Positions 52,633-64,000 of a stretch of 64,000 nt of DNA are shown in pieces. Both the position numbers and the translations under genes were made by a program. Source of the DNA: Psilocybe cubensis (Eukaryota); the NCBI GenBank assembly GCA_017499595.2, contig CM039001.1:372001-436000 (forward strand), written 5' to 3'. Numbering within the stretch: the first letter of the stretch is position 1; each line of letters starts with the position of its first letter. A model generated the notes under the pieces. It had not been told where the DNA came from. It made no database searches and was given only the letters and a program-made list of their open reading frames with translations.

Positions 52633-53939
52633 ATTTTAGAGAGCAAGTCGATGAGGGGAGTGGAATTAACTTTGGCCCTTTTTCTTTCAGTCGCTGGAAT
52701 GCCGGAACGGGTTCTGCCTCATCGCCACGTGTTCTTCTTTCCAACGTAACGAACCCGAGCTGACGGGTCCCTGTCGCGTGCTTGCCCTCTCATCCACGTG
52801 GGTATCTATCCACCTAATTATCCTCCTTAATCCCCGATCGGTCTTTTCTGAACCTTATCGAGATCCATGCCCACTGATCCGGACGACAATACCTTACCCA
52901 ACATCCTGGCACTCGATCCAGCACGTCCTCTTTCCACCATCATCATAGTGAGTGAGAGTGAGATCGCCGCGTTCACCGTTCCACTTGCTGACCGTTTACG
53001 ATTTAAATAGTAACTTTTCCTCATCATGAGAATCTGTTGCTTTAGCAGTTTATAGCACGCACAGACCTTGCAATCTTCATCATCATCATCGTAATTATAT
53101 GACGACACAACCCGTGCAGATTCCAACAAGCCTTCTTCTCTCTTCTCTTGATTCTTTCTCGAAAAACACAATCTAGGCACTAGGCACAAACAACGTTGTC
53201 TCCCTTAACCACTCCCCTCCCAGTCCCTTTCCCCTATCTTGGCGTGTTAAAAATCCACACAAGATCTTGCACGTTATTATCAATCGTCCATCGTCCATCG
53301 TCAATCGTCAATTGTTAATTGAACGCGACGGGATCATGAATGCCCAGGGCTATCCTGGGCTACTACTAGCATTTCTCGACATCATCACACGCAATATCTC
53401 CGCTCTTTTGGGTACACCTTTTATCTTATAACTTATCGCTCGCATGCGCAAGTGCATGCGCGAGACCTGTTGTTGTTGACGGTCGTGAGTGCTGCCTGGC
53501 TATGTCACGGTGTAGTAAAAATAATTGAATAGTGTGCTGTATGGAGTAAATAACGATACGATACGATACGAGCCTGAACTGAGCGCTCTCCTACTATACG
53601 GGTACCGTAAACCCATATTGCACACAACTGTGCATTTGGCATTTGCGAAAACCAAAAACGAAATTTCGCAGATGGTGGCTAAGGAATCAGGTTCAGGCTC
53701 ACATGGTATAATCCGTGAATCGTGATTCCGTGCTCAGCACTGCTCAACAGCGAAATAAAATAAAAGATAAGCAACGATGCATGGATATGGATACGGAGAC
53801 ATCTGAAATAAGTCAAATAACAGATAGATAGATAGCAGCAGATAGATAGCAAAGAACGGAGGGCGAGGTAGCCGGATGATATCATGGATGATAGGTGATT
53901 GGTATGATTCGGTGTCCAGTGTTTACTTGTCTTGTCCAC

Positions 53940-54330
53940 TTGTCTTGAAATTTTGTAATCTTGTAATCTTGTCTTGTAATCTTGTACACACCACACAACA
54001 CACACGCGCACGGCACTCTCCCAGCAAACCAGAAAACCAGAAACCAGCAAACCAGAAACCAGCAAACCAAAAAACCAGCAAACCAGCAAACCAGAAAACC
54101 AGAAAAACAAAAAAGATAATCATACAGATACAAATCGACAAAAACGTGAATTGGACAATGAATAAAATAAATAAAGTAATCATGCAGGAGCAACGTGCCC
54201 AGTACCGTGCCCAATGTCTACTGCCCGAGAGATTGTATAACCCGTCCGCATTGCAAAAGAAGAAGAATCTGATGGTCGAGACTCGAGATTCGGTAGTCGG
54301 TAGTTGGTAGTCGGTAGTCGGTAGTCGGTA
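53940..54330. repeat. Microsatellite cluster
   Basis: (CTTGTAAT)n at about 53950-53985, (AAACCAG[C/A])n at about 54022-54105 and (GGTAGTC)n at about 54291-54330. Confidence 0.9.
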
Positions 54331-54380
54331 CTGGCCTCTAGACCAGACGCACTGCGAAATCGAATGCAAACGTCGATATA

Positions 54381-55333
54381 TCAATCGTACACTGCAAAAA
54401 AAAATCATAATGTCAATTCAAGTTACTCTCGTTTTCGTTTATCAATAATAGATGATAGAGCGTAGAGCAGGCCACATCCACTGCGCGAAGATCGCAGGCC
54501 ACATCCACAGCCCAGAGACCGCAGCCTTCCCAATAGCCCACAGAGCATAGACCATAGATGAAGCCCGCTGAGCAACTCGAGGGCGTTTATATATGGGTGG
54601 GGTCTCGTAATTGAGTGGTAGGCAGCCAAAGCGTTGTAAAAGGTCGGTCGACGCGTCTTGGGTGGGGAACTTGGGTGGGGAAATGTGGAATTGTGGAAAT
54701 GGGGGGAAATATGGGGAAGAAGAAGGGAAGAGAAAGGGGAAGGAAGATGTAGCTTACCGTGTACGATACCTGTTAGAATTATGAAATTTAATGAGATGAG
54801 GTGTAATGAGATGGGATGGAATACGAATATGAATTTGAAAATTGAATGTTGAATGTTGATATTGAGCGTTTGTGTGGTGGAATTTGAGATGGAGGAAATA
54901 AAAGCGCGGAAACGCGAGAAATAAAGAGGAGGAGGAAGAGAATAGAAAAGTATAGAAACACGGTGTTGGGAGTACAGATGTGGAAGGAAACGGAAGAAAA
55001 AGCCAAAAAAAAACCATCCCACATACCATAAAACAAAGTCCACACAAGCACAAACGTGAACGCATTATCCTGTCCGGGACTCACAACCTCCCAAATGCCC
55101 CCCCGAAAATACCGCCCGGGTCTGCCTTTACACTTCACCGCGCCCACCGCGCCCGCCATACCCAGCATCGACGCCGCGAAGAGGAGGAAGCCGGAGAGGT
55201 TCTCGAGGCCCAGGATGCCGGCGCACGCGCCGGAGAAGCAGGCGGTGAGGAATTTGGTGCTGGTTAGGGAGGTGTTGGAGAGGATGTTGGGGGTGTAGAG
55301 GTGCTGGGTTGTGGGGTCGGGTTGGGTGGTCAT
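54381..55333 (-). CDS. EMC6: ER membrane protein complex subunit 6 (EMC6/TMEM93), 109 aa
   Basis: Exon 55333-55027 (...CFSGACAGILGLENLSGFLLF...FTFVLVWTLFY), a 12-nt exon at 54769-54758 (GIVH) and a last exon at 54391-54381 (VYD*) restore the conserved WT..YG.VHVY C-terminus. Confidence 0.93.
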
Positions 55334-56055
55334 TTTGTGGGGGTGGGGGTGGGTGGGGTTAGTTGGGGGTGACGGTGGGGTGGGTGTGAGTTGGGTGGTG
55401 GGTGGACGTCAATGGGTGTGACGATGAACACTCGAGCGCGACCAAGGCACCGACGACAGTGACGATTCACAAAGTGTCTCACGTGATATGCTACTTAGCT
55501 ATGCCCTAAAATGGATACAATTTAGAAATCTTTTGCTTTTATTTTTTTCTTTTACCGAGGAATTTCCGGTGGGGTCGTTCAACCTTCCGAGTCGATGAAT
55601 TTATGAAATGAAATGATGTTGACCGTGTTGTTCCCAAGTTGTCACTTCACCGACGCCGAAGTCGAACTGCTTTCCTCAGACCTGGGCCTCGTCTCTCGCT
55701 CTCGTTCTCGTTCTATGGGATCTACTCGACAACTGCAACATCCTCGTATTCTCGGATTCTCGTCATATTCAAGTTGCATGCACTCCACGCTAGGTCCAGG
55801 ACAATTTCACACACGATCAATTTTGTTGTACTTATACATACTAGCTGTAGCCGGTGTAGGTGCGGAACCGAATCCGAATCTGATTTCGAGTCGGCTGTGC
55901 ATTGGAGTCTGGACTCGACGCTAGCTACTAGGTACTAGCTACTAGCCAGCCCAGCCCTCATCCCAAGAACGATGGAAAATTCTCGTATTTTTATAGAGTC
56001 GCATCGCACGACGCAGCGCGCTACCTAGGAACATAGAGTGACGAGTCTCGGAAGG

Positions 56056-56120
56056 GCTTCTGGCTTCTGGCTTCTGGCTTCTGAGTTCTAACTTCTGAGT
56101 TCTAACTTCTGAGTTCTGAC
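56056..56120. repeat. Short tandem repeats
   Basis: (GGCTTCT)4 followed by about 3 copies of GAGTTCTAACTTCT. Further SSRs follow downstream, e.g. (AAATCG)n at about 56587-56610. Confidence 0.85.
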
Positions 56121-59100
56121 TGGCCATGTACTTACTCCCCTCGGACCTATCCAGTAAGTATTCATGTTCTTGTTCTGGATCTTCTTTCGAAGCGTGAGCA
56201 CGAGACGTGACATTGATATTGGCGCCCGCGAAGTCTTCGGCGCTGGTGTCTGGGGAAAATGACTGGATGTGTAATATGTATAGTTATACTCCATGAGTCG
56301 GTATCAGATGGTTGGGGTACTCAAGCTACAGTATTGGCTCGCTGTTTTGCTGCTCACACGACAACCACCGCGGACACGGACGCGAATAGGTATAGGCGAG
56401 TGCGGCTGGACCGTTGTTGATCAAAACACCCCAGCCACCCTTCCTTCCTTCATTCATTCCTTCATTTATTCATTGAAAGCACCCGATGGCAAAGTCTGCA
56501 AGTACAACAAATTACACGCAGTCATCCTACACAGTCTAGTACTGCGCTATCCCCGCTCCCCGCCCGAATCAAATCAAATCGAACAGAAATCGAAATCGAA
56601 ATCGAAATCAAACTCTATTATCAATATCATGAATGAAAAATATTCATTTGTGCGTCAGCCCTGGTGGAAACTGGAATGGCGGTTATAGGGTGCGGAAAAT
56701 GTGTGCGTGCGTGCTGTGCTGTGCTGTGTTGATATTCTGGAATCTGGATTGGGCTGTGGTCACTCAGGCTGGTGAGCGGTGAGCACCCATCAACGTCACT
56801 TTCTCATGGTTACTTTTGGACTTGGAGTGGTGTAACGTACGTCCGAGGCTTAACGTTTAACTCTCGAGCTCTTCACATAAACAATTGGACAATTGGGCTT
56901 CCAGTTCCGCTTTTACTTCTACTTCTGCTTCCATGCAGGCTCGTGAAAAACGAGGCGGATGCGATGATGACACCCAACGCCCCTTTTTTCTTTTCTTTCG
57001 CCTGCCCTGCCAGTGCTGAATTAAATGCGAACGGTAAATGAAACTTTGACTGATCACCTCTGCTGAAAAAACAAGAACAAAAACAAGACCAATAACGCAA
57101 AACAAAAACAAAAAAACATGGCTGTAACTCCATGCCATCCATCCCGATATTCGATGCGCAGTGCGCTATTTCGTTTGATCCCTTCATTGTCGGAGCATTG
57201 CAAATTTCGGCGGTTAATCTCTCTTATCGCCATGCCAATGCCCCTCGCGCCTCCCACAGAGTTTGATCATCCAAAGAAAAGGAACCAGAAAAAGAAACGA
57301 GACGGAAATATTCCCTCGAGCTCCAGGATGCCTTTCACGTTTCGCTCTTGCTCATCTCAGTTAACTGCCATCTTTTGATCTTTTGATTTTTTTGATTTTT
57401 GATGGGGATACGGGATACAGGATACTTGCCACAAAAATAGCCAGTGTAACGGTAAGTGGAATGGGTATTTTTATTTTTATTGTTTATATTCTGATTCTGC
57501 GTTCTAAGTAAGTAGCGGCTGTCGTCTGCCAATTGTAATTGTTCTTTTCTCTCGCTCGTGGCTTTGGCTCGTGGCTCGTGGCGTTTTCTGCTTGAAATAG
57601 ACAGGAACGAGCTGCCAGTGGAAGATGGACGTGGTATCGGTGTCCCTGTTCATCTCATGATAATGATATTGTTAATGTAATGATGATGATGGAAAGCACA
57701 GGTTAATCCACCGACTGGATTCAGAAGCCATGCATTCGCCACGCGGTCAAGTTGTTATAAGCTAACGTGGTTTTATTTATTTATATTTCTGACGTATTGC
57801 GTTTTGAGATCCTTGGAAGTTGGAACAAGCGCTCCTCTGCCCGGATATTCCGTTTGTAAGTGAGTAGCTTGGTCAGTGGTGGTCATCGGACCCTTACCCG
57901 CTACGCCGCCATCAAATCGGAGCACCCCCCCTCCCTCCTCCCCTCCGTACGTACGTACGTGTACGTGCTTTTGCTCAGATCTACACCTCCGTACGTAAGT
58001 ACTTGCTTTTTGCTCAGATCTGCAGAAGAAGAACCGACGGTATGTTGGCTTTGCACGGATCTTTGTTATCTTGACATTTCCCATTCGTTGAATTGGCGGC
58101 GCTTGTGCTTTATTTTTAGAGGGACGACTGGCGTGGTTGGCTTCCGCCGCCCCCATGTATGTCTGTCGCTAAGCCAGAGAGCCAGATGACTTTCGGGGCT
58201 AGGAGGAAATATATCGTCTCAGGATGTGGATGTGATGTGATGTGATGAGGTACGGCATTTCAATCGTGGACTTGATTTAATTTTATGTTTTGTGGAGAGA
58301 AAGAGAGCATATTAGGGAAGAAATGTTCATCCTACTTTAAGCTCAGGTGGGGTGGGGTTTCTTTCGTTGGGCTCAGCCTCAACGGTGTCATGTGGATGGT
58401 CTATAATCACTTTCTGGGATATGAGATTGGAGGGAGGCTTTTTTGGTTGTTTTTTTTTCTTTTTTGTCGGTGATTAGGTTTAACAATGTAGGCCCGAGTC
58501 TTCCGAATGCTTGTTCATCTTCTAAAATATTACGGGATGTGTGGATCGTATCGTATCGTATCGTATAGGCTGCGTGTTCCAGCCGGTCGTTGCTCATGTT
58601 ATCCGGACTCTTTCATGGATTATTTCAACGGACCTCCATGTCCATGTCTCCGCCTTTGCAGCAAGCGATACCTTCGCAGTGGCTATCTTCCTCCGTGAAA
58701 CACTTCACCCCAGATTGGGCGTTATCGTCACCGATGGTGTATGGATATTTCACATCCGGAGGCTTGGTACGGATTACTCGATTCATTCTCCGTATCGTTC
58801 ACTGGTTTCTTTTATTTCTCCTTAACGACGCCCGGAGCTCGTCAAGGAAAAATGTCTGTTAATAACTGCTGTCGCCATTTGCGCTCATGGTCTGTATAGT
58901 ACGTATCCGGCAATTCCTACTGGAGGATTTGAAATTACCATGGGGTCTAGATGGATTGAGTGAAACTTCTTATCAGCTTGCTATATAGTATATTGTGCGT
59001 TTACTTTGCCCGTGGGTTTTTGGTCCGGTCCTTCTGGACGGTATAATTTCTCCGGACTTTGTATGAGATGTAAGTCTAAAGAAAGGAGTATATATGAGTC

Positions 59101-59964
59101 AAATGTCGCGCTCCCCGCTCTATCGTTTATTGCCTCCTTCTTTTTTCGTACTTCTTCATTGGATTTTTCCCCGCATTGTTACTACGCTTCCTCGTGTCCT
59201 TTTCATTTGCAATAACCGAAAGTTTGTGAAATAGGCCAGTAATAGGCCCCATGGTGTTATCTATTGCGTGCGTGAGGTTCAGAACAAGGTTTATTTTGTG
59301 TTCATGTGTGAAGAGCAAATTTATCGGAAATGGGAATTGCTGGATGGTTCTCAAAAGAGTCGCTATCAAAACCGACGCCGTAGGCGTTCAATGCGTGCAC
59401 GACATGACCCAAATTGAGTAAACCCGAGCACGTGCCTCGTTGTGTGGTTTCGATCGGAGTTTGTAGTATTTGTATCGGCTCTTCGGCTTCTGATTCAGGG
59501 GTGGCCCACAATTACTCAATTGCCTCAGGGTTTGTTTGGATTTTTTACGTCTGTTCCACAACATTCACAATGTACTGCCCGGAAACCGTGAACTTGTATG
59601 TTGGACGCTCTGAAATCCTTGTTTTTATTCACAAATGTTTGGGATGCTGTGATTGTGACCGAATGCGTCGTGAAGCCTTCACATTTTAACTCAAAGTTGG
59701 CTTCCTTACTCCAACACGTTCGCCCATGCATGTCAACCTGCATTAACCATGGGACTGTATCAGGATGTTGGCTAATGCAGTGACGGGACACGTCGGTGGG
59801 TTGATTCCTGATGGGATGGGACAAACCTAGTGAGTACCTTCGGCCCTGTTTGTCCAAACATACCACCTGACCTTGACTGCGTACATCAGCGATAAGCGCC
59901 CATTGTTAAGGCGAGGATTCTAAGCCAAGAGCCTTTTCATCCTGACCATACCACTGCAACCGTC

Positions 59965-62900
59965 ATGAAGCACAAGAAGACATCTGCAAATGCATCTGCT
60001 ATTCCGGAGATGCGAGAAATGCCGGCTACGCGAGGGTACCAGCAGGAGATGCTTGAGGAGAGTATGAGGAAGAATATCATCATTGCTCTGGATACAGGCT
60101 CAGGAAAGACGCTGATCGCTGTTCTGAGATTGAAGTATGAGATAGAGAGGGAACCTGTGAAGGTATGTTGTTGTTCAAATTTGAGTGGTTTCTTTGTTTG
60201 AACGGTGATTGTTGTGAAGATCTCTTGGTTCATTGCCCCGACGGTGGCACTCTGTGAGCAGCAGAAATCGGTTATCCAAACATACCTTCCAGTTTCGGTT
60301 GGGCTCGTCTCAGGCGCAAATGAACCTGATCAATGGAAGGATGCCACACTCTGGGAGAGAGTGCTTAGCACTCATCGAATCATGGTCTCGACTCCTCAGG
60401 TTTTTCTCGACGCCCTCCGGCATGGATATATATCGTTAGGGAAGGATATCAGTCTAATGGTTTTTGACGAAGCGCATCATGCGGTAGATAATCATCCGTA
60501 TAATCGGATTATGCTGGAATTTTATTTCGACTTGCCACCACGGAATCCAGATCATCCGTCAACTATAGAACGGCCCGCCATTTTGGGCCTCACTGCCAGT
60601 CCCATCTATGGAGGGAATGTCATTAAAGCCTTTGAGTAAGTGTTATCGATAATATGTATTGCTGGACACATATGTATTGATCATTGAAAGAAAAATCGAA
60701 GGAAACCTGGACAGCACGATTCGAGCACCGCGTAAGAATCGAACGGAACTAGCACAATATGTGCATAGGCCAATATTCAAGCATGTCATGTATTATCCTC
60801 CCGCTGAAAGCAACCCCTTCTTTTCAACCAACCTGGCTTCTTTATCTGACATCATCCAAACATTAGACATTGAGAAAGACCCCTATGTTATTTCTCTCCG
60901 CGCACAGCTTGCAAGAATCTCCAAAGGATCAGCAGAATATCGCCGATTAGACCAAAAACTCTCCAAGGTGATCGAAAAGGAAAACTCGTTCACCCACAAG
61001 GGTCTGCGAGATATGGAACGCGCCGCGCAAGATATCTGCAATGACATCGGGCCTTGGGCAGCGGATTGGTTCGTCTGGAAGGTCCTCCAGCGCGCAAAAC
61101 AGGCTTCCAATCCGTACGACACCATGATGGTCACCTGGAGACGCACAGAAAAGGCGTACCTTCTCGGCATCCTTGAAAAAGTTGTTGCATTGCCTGTGTC
61201 GTACTACGCTGAAGATATCGAAGACGACTGTTCCGACAAGGTCCGCGCCCTCATCGAGTGCTTGTTGTTGGAGAAAGCATCTGTCGAGTCAGAAGATGAA
61301 CAGTACAGTGGAATCATATTCGTGCAGCGGCGAGATGCTGTTTTGGCACTGGCGGAGGTACTGAAGCATCATCCAGCCACAAAAGACGTGTTCACAATCG
61401 GGACGTTGCTCGGAACGTCGGAGAGCTCTCATCGACATTCGTTGATGGACGTTACAAGAAATCTTGTCAAGGAATCACAGGACGAAATTATTTCGGAATT
61501 CAAGGCTGGAGAGAAAAATTTGATCGTATCAACAGCTGTTGCAGAAGAAGGTATAGATATCCAGGCATGTTGTAGTGTCATTCGATGGGACCCACCCCCG
61601 AACATGGCGAGCTGGGCACAGAGTCGAGGACGAGCGCGTAAGCGTAAAAGTACTTTCACGCTCATGTTTGAGGAGGGCAGTAAGCAACAAGGAGATGTTG
61701 CGAAATGGGAGGATCTAGAACGACAAATGGTCGCGCTATACAACGACCCTTCACGAGATTCTTCGTCGCCCATGGAGGAAGATGTCGAAGAAGAAGAAGA
61801 AGAAGACGATGATATGGTTCTTCAAGTTGCATCCACTGGGTAAGTAAAGGTTCCATTTGTATACCATGATACTTACTGCCCCATCTTGTAGTGCACTTCT
61901 GACTCTGCATTCTGCCATCGCTCATTTAGCTCACTTTTGTGCTGTCATCCCAAACACCACACACACAGATAACCGTCCACTATATGAAATCGATCCGCCA
62001 GAATTTGTGGAAGGCTGGCATGCACTGCCGACTCATTCTCGGACCAAGGAGGTATACACTGGCCCATATGGGTCGAAAGTTACCCTACCTCGAACATTGC
62101 CACTTCCTGAACGCGAATTTAGCGTTCCACGCATATACAAGACCATCATATCTGCACATCGCCACGCAGCTTTCAAAGCCTACTCATGCCTGTACGAGGC
62201 TGGATTACTCAATGATAGCCTGTTGCCAATTACAAGCGTAGTCGAGCCAGAGTTAGAGGAGGAGGTAAAGGCTATGTTAGCAGATGTGGAGAGGAGAGAT
62301 GGGTTTGCGAAAGTGTCGATGAGTATTGACCCATGGTCTGGTCAAAATAACACCGATGATCTCTGGCATTCGTCGCAATTGGAACTCGAAGGCCTGCCGC
62401 CCTTACTGTTGTATACGCGTGCTGAGGTGGTTTCTTCTGCTATTTACGGCGGCCCAACTCTCTATCGTTCTGGACAGCCTCCCATAAGAACAACAATTCA
62501 ATATTTAGGACACATTCAAGTGAAAAAAGAAACGATTTCTAAAGCCAGGAATTTCACTCGGAGGGTTTTCTGGGGTCTGAATAATTCTCGCATGGATTGG
62601 GACGATCTTGACTTTTCGTATCTCTTTTTGCCAATGGACGACGTTGACACGGAATGGGATGTTCGCCGGTCCTGGCTTTCCAGTCTTGCGAACGAGAACC
62701 CCACGAGGCACCCATATCGTCTCATGGTCCACGCGGATGATTTTGGGGAGAAGTTTGGCTACCCTTCGGATTTGACGTTGGTTCATCGGCATATGGGTAT
62801 GGGGAGGCCTTTCAAATTTATTAGATGGCAATACGAACGAGTGTCAGAAGAGGAAGAAGAAGCAATCATCGAGCGGTACAGTAAGGTCCAGGATGTGGTG

Positions 62901-64000
62901 CAGGTCACATACCCCTTACTCGTCGTGCAGCAATACCCGGCGAGAACCAACTTTTTGATACCCATAGTTCCTAAACCAGCATCAGGGGAGCCAGCTTCGG
63001 ATCCACCACCGTTGATCTTCCTCCTTCCGAGATTTTCAGGAGTGGTTTTGCTGTCATCAGAGGAGACCGAGTATTCGTTCCTTTTGCCTTCTGTTCTTCG
63101 TTCCCTGTCAATGACGATGACTGCGAACTCCATGTGCAAGACGTTGTTCCGGGAGACGCCACTGTCATCTATCTCTCTTTCCTTGCTTACTACTGCTATC
63201 ACCGCACCTTCTTCTGGTGAAAAGTTCAATTATCAACGTATGGAAACATTAGGGGATACAGTGGTCAAGTTTATGGTTGGGGTGCAACTCATGGCTGAAT
63301 ATCCACTGTGGCATGAAGGATACCTGACGAGAAAGAAGGACCACTCCGTGTCCAACGTACGTCTCGCAAAAGAGGACATTGCGAGAGGTGTTTTTAGGTG
63401 GATCATTCGAGGTAAGGTGTTTCCATATGATGTACGGAATGGTCGTTCTGATTGGTCGCAATTCGTTGAAAGACATTATGCTTGGCAAGAAGTGGAAACC
63501 GAAGTATTTCACCACTATCAAAGGAGCTATCGCCGATGCTACCTCGCCCCTTACGGAAAATGCCAGTGAGACAGGGACACCAGCACCAGAAGGAAAGAAA
63601 CCAGACAATGACAAGTCAAAGAAGAAGAAGTCGAAAAAGCCACAGCAGCTATCGACTAAAGGTATGTACTTTGCTTCTCTATAGGAAGTATGCCCGTTGT
63701 ACGCCGTAGTCTAATTTGTCTTTCAGTGCTAGCCGATGTTGTTGAGTCTGTCATAGGAGCGGCTTACCTTCATGGAGGATTTGAATTAGGCTACGAATGC
63801 GTCAAGTTCTTCAATTTGGGGTTAAAATGGGAACCCGTCTCGACCCGCATCGCGCAGATCCTATCACGAGTCCAATCACTGACGCCTGAAGAAACGGAAA
63901 ATCTCCCACCCCAATTGGCAGACGTCGAAACCATGCTCGGATACACGTTCCAGCGCAAGCTCCTTTTGATCGAAGCCCTGACTCACGCAAGCTACCAGCA
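59965..64000 (+). CDS. Dicer-like protein (fungal DCL2-type), truncated by the window end
   Basis: Helicase motifs TRGYQQEM...[34 protein letters not shown] and QSRGRAR. A Dicer dsRNA-binding fold region ([14 protein letters not shown]...[18 protein letters not shown]) follows. RNase IIIa shows [13 protein letters not shown] and [12 protein letters not shown], and RNase IIIb begins with LGYTF...[10 protein letters not shown]. Confidence 0.95.

Noticed and set aside
51280-56620. CRISPR-like or telomeric arrays
   Set aside because: The repeats are short tandem units without unique spacers and are not TTAGGG tracts; the context is eukaryotic.
51283-58500. ORF-track peptides in the SSR-rich region (e.g. 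SLSLSL, ANRQSP, FAGFW, ERERER repeats) as repeat-peptide or RiPP precursors
   Set aside because: They are translations of microsatellites, with no signal peptide, Kex2-site pattern or nearby tailoring enzymes.
58541-58862. Possible small gene or pseudogene fragment upstream of Dicer
   Set aside because: It looks coding-like, but I could not find a recognisable motif or build a consistent spliced model.
24087-64000. Ski8 and Dicer as an antiviral or RNA-silencing gene cluster
   Set aside because: They are 35 kb apart with unrelated housekeeping genes between them, and there is no Argonaute or RdRP in the window.

Overview
Intron-rich fungal genomic DNA with mostly ~50-70 nt introns; gene style suggests an agaricomycete (mushroom) basidiomycete. 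Genes in order: 3' end of a methionine aminopeptidase (+), nucleoporin Nup188 (-), DUF4419 protein (+), NEDD8/Rub1 (-, missed by the ORF track), lactose/cellodextrin-type MFS sugar porter (+), membrane-anchored copper amine oxidase (-), SAP18 (+), an uncharacterised ~7x helical tandem-repeat protein (+), RPS12 (-), Ski8/Rec14 WD40 (+), a WW-like domain protein (-), a large low-complexity coiled-coil protein (-), mitochondrial uL13 (+), an Rrn10-like protein (-), EMW1/TTC27 (+), a DUF6593-like protein (-), EMC6 (-) and a Dicer-like gene (+, runs off the window end). Two gene-poor tracts (about 32.7-38.7 kb and 41.9-47.5 kb) hold decayed sequence and a probable solo LTR. About 48-58.6 kb is a distinct domain of GC-rich coding DNA, long introns and dense microsatellites. 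Three observations stand out. (1) A box C/D snoRNA resembling vertebrate SNORD100 sits in an intron starting 1 nt after the RPS12 stop codon, the same host gene as in human. (2) The amine oxidase NYDY-L cofactor motif is assembled from an 11-nt and a 2-nt microexon. (3) The 13-exon repeat-protein gene has all 12 introns in phase 2. All gene models were read by eye; no database searches were run.
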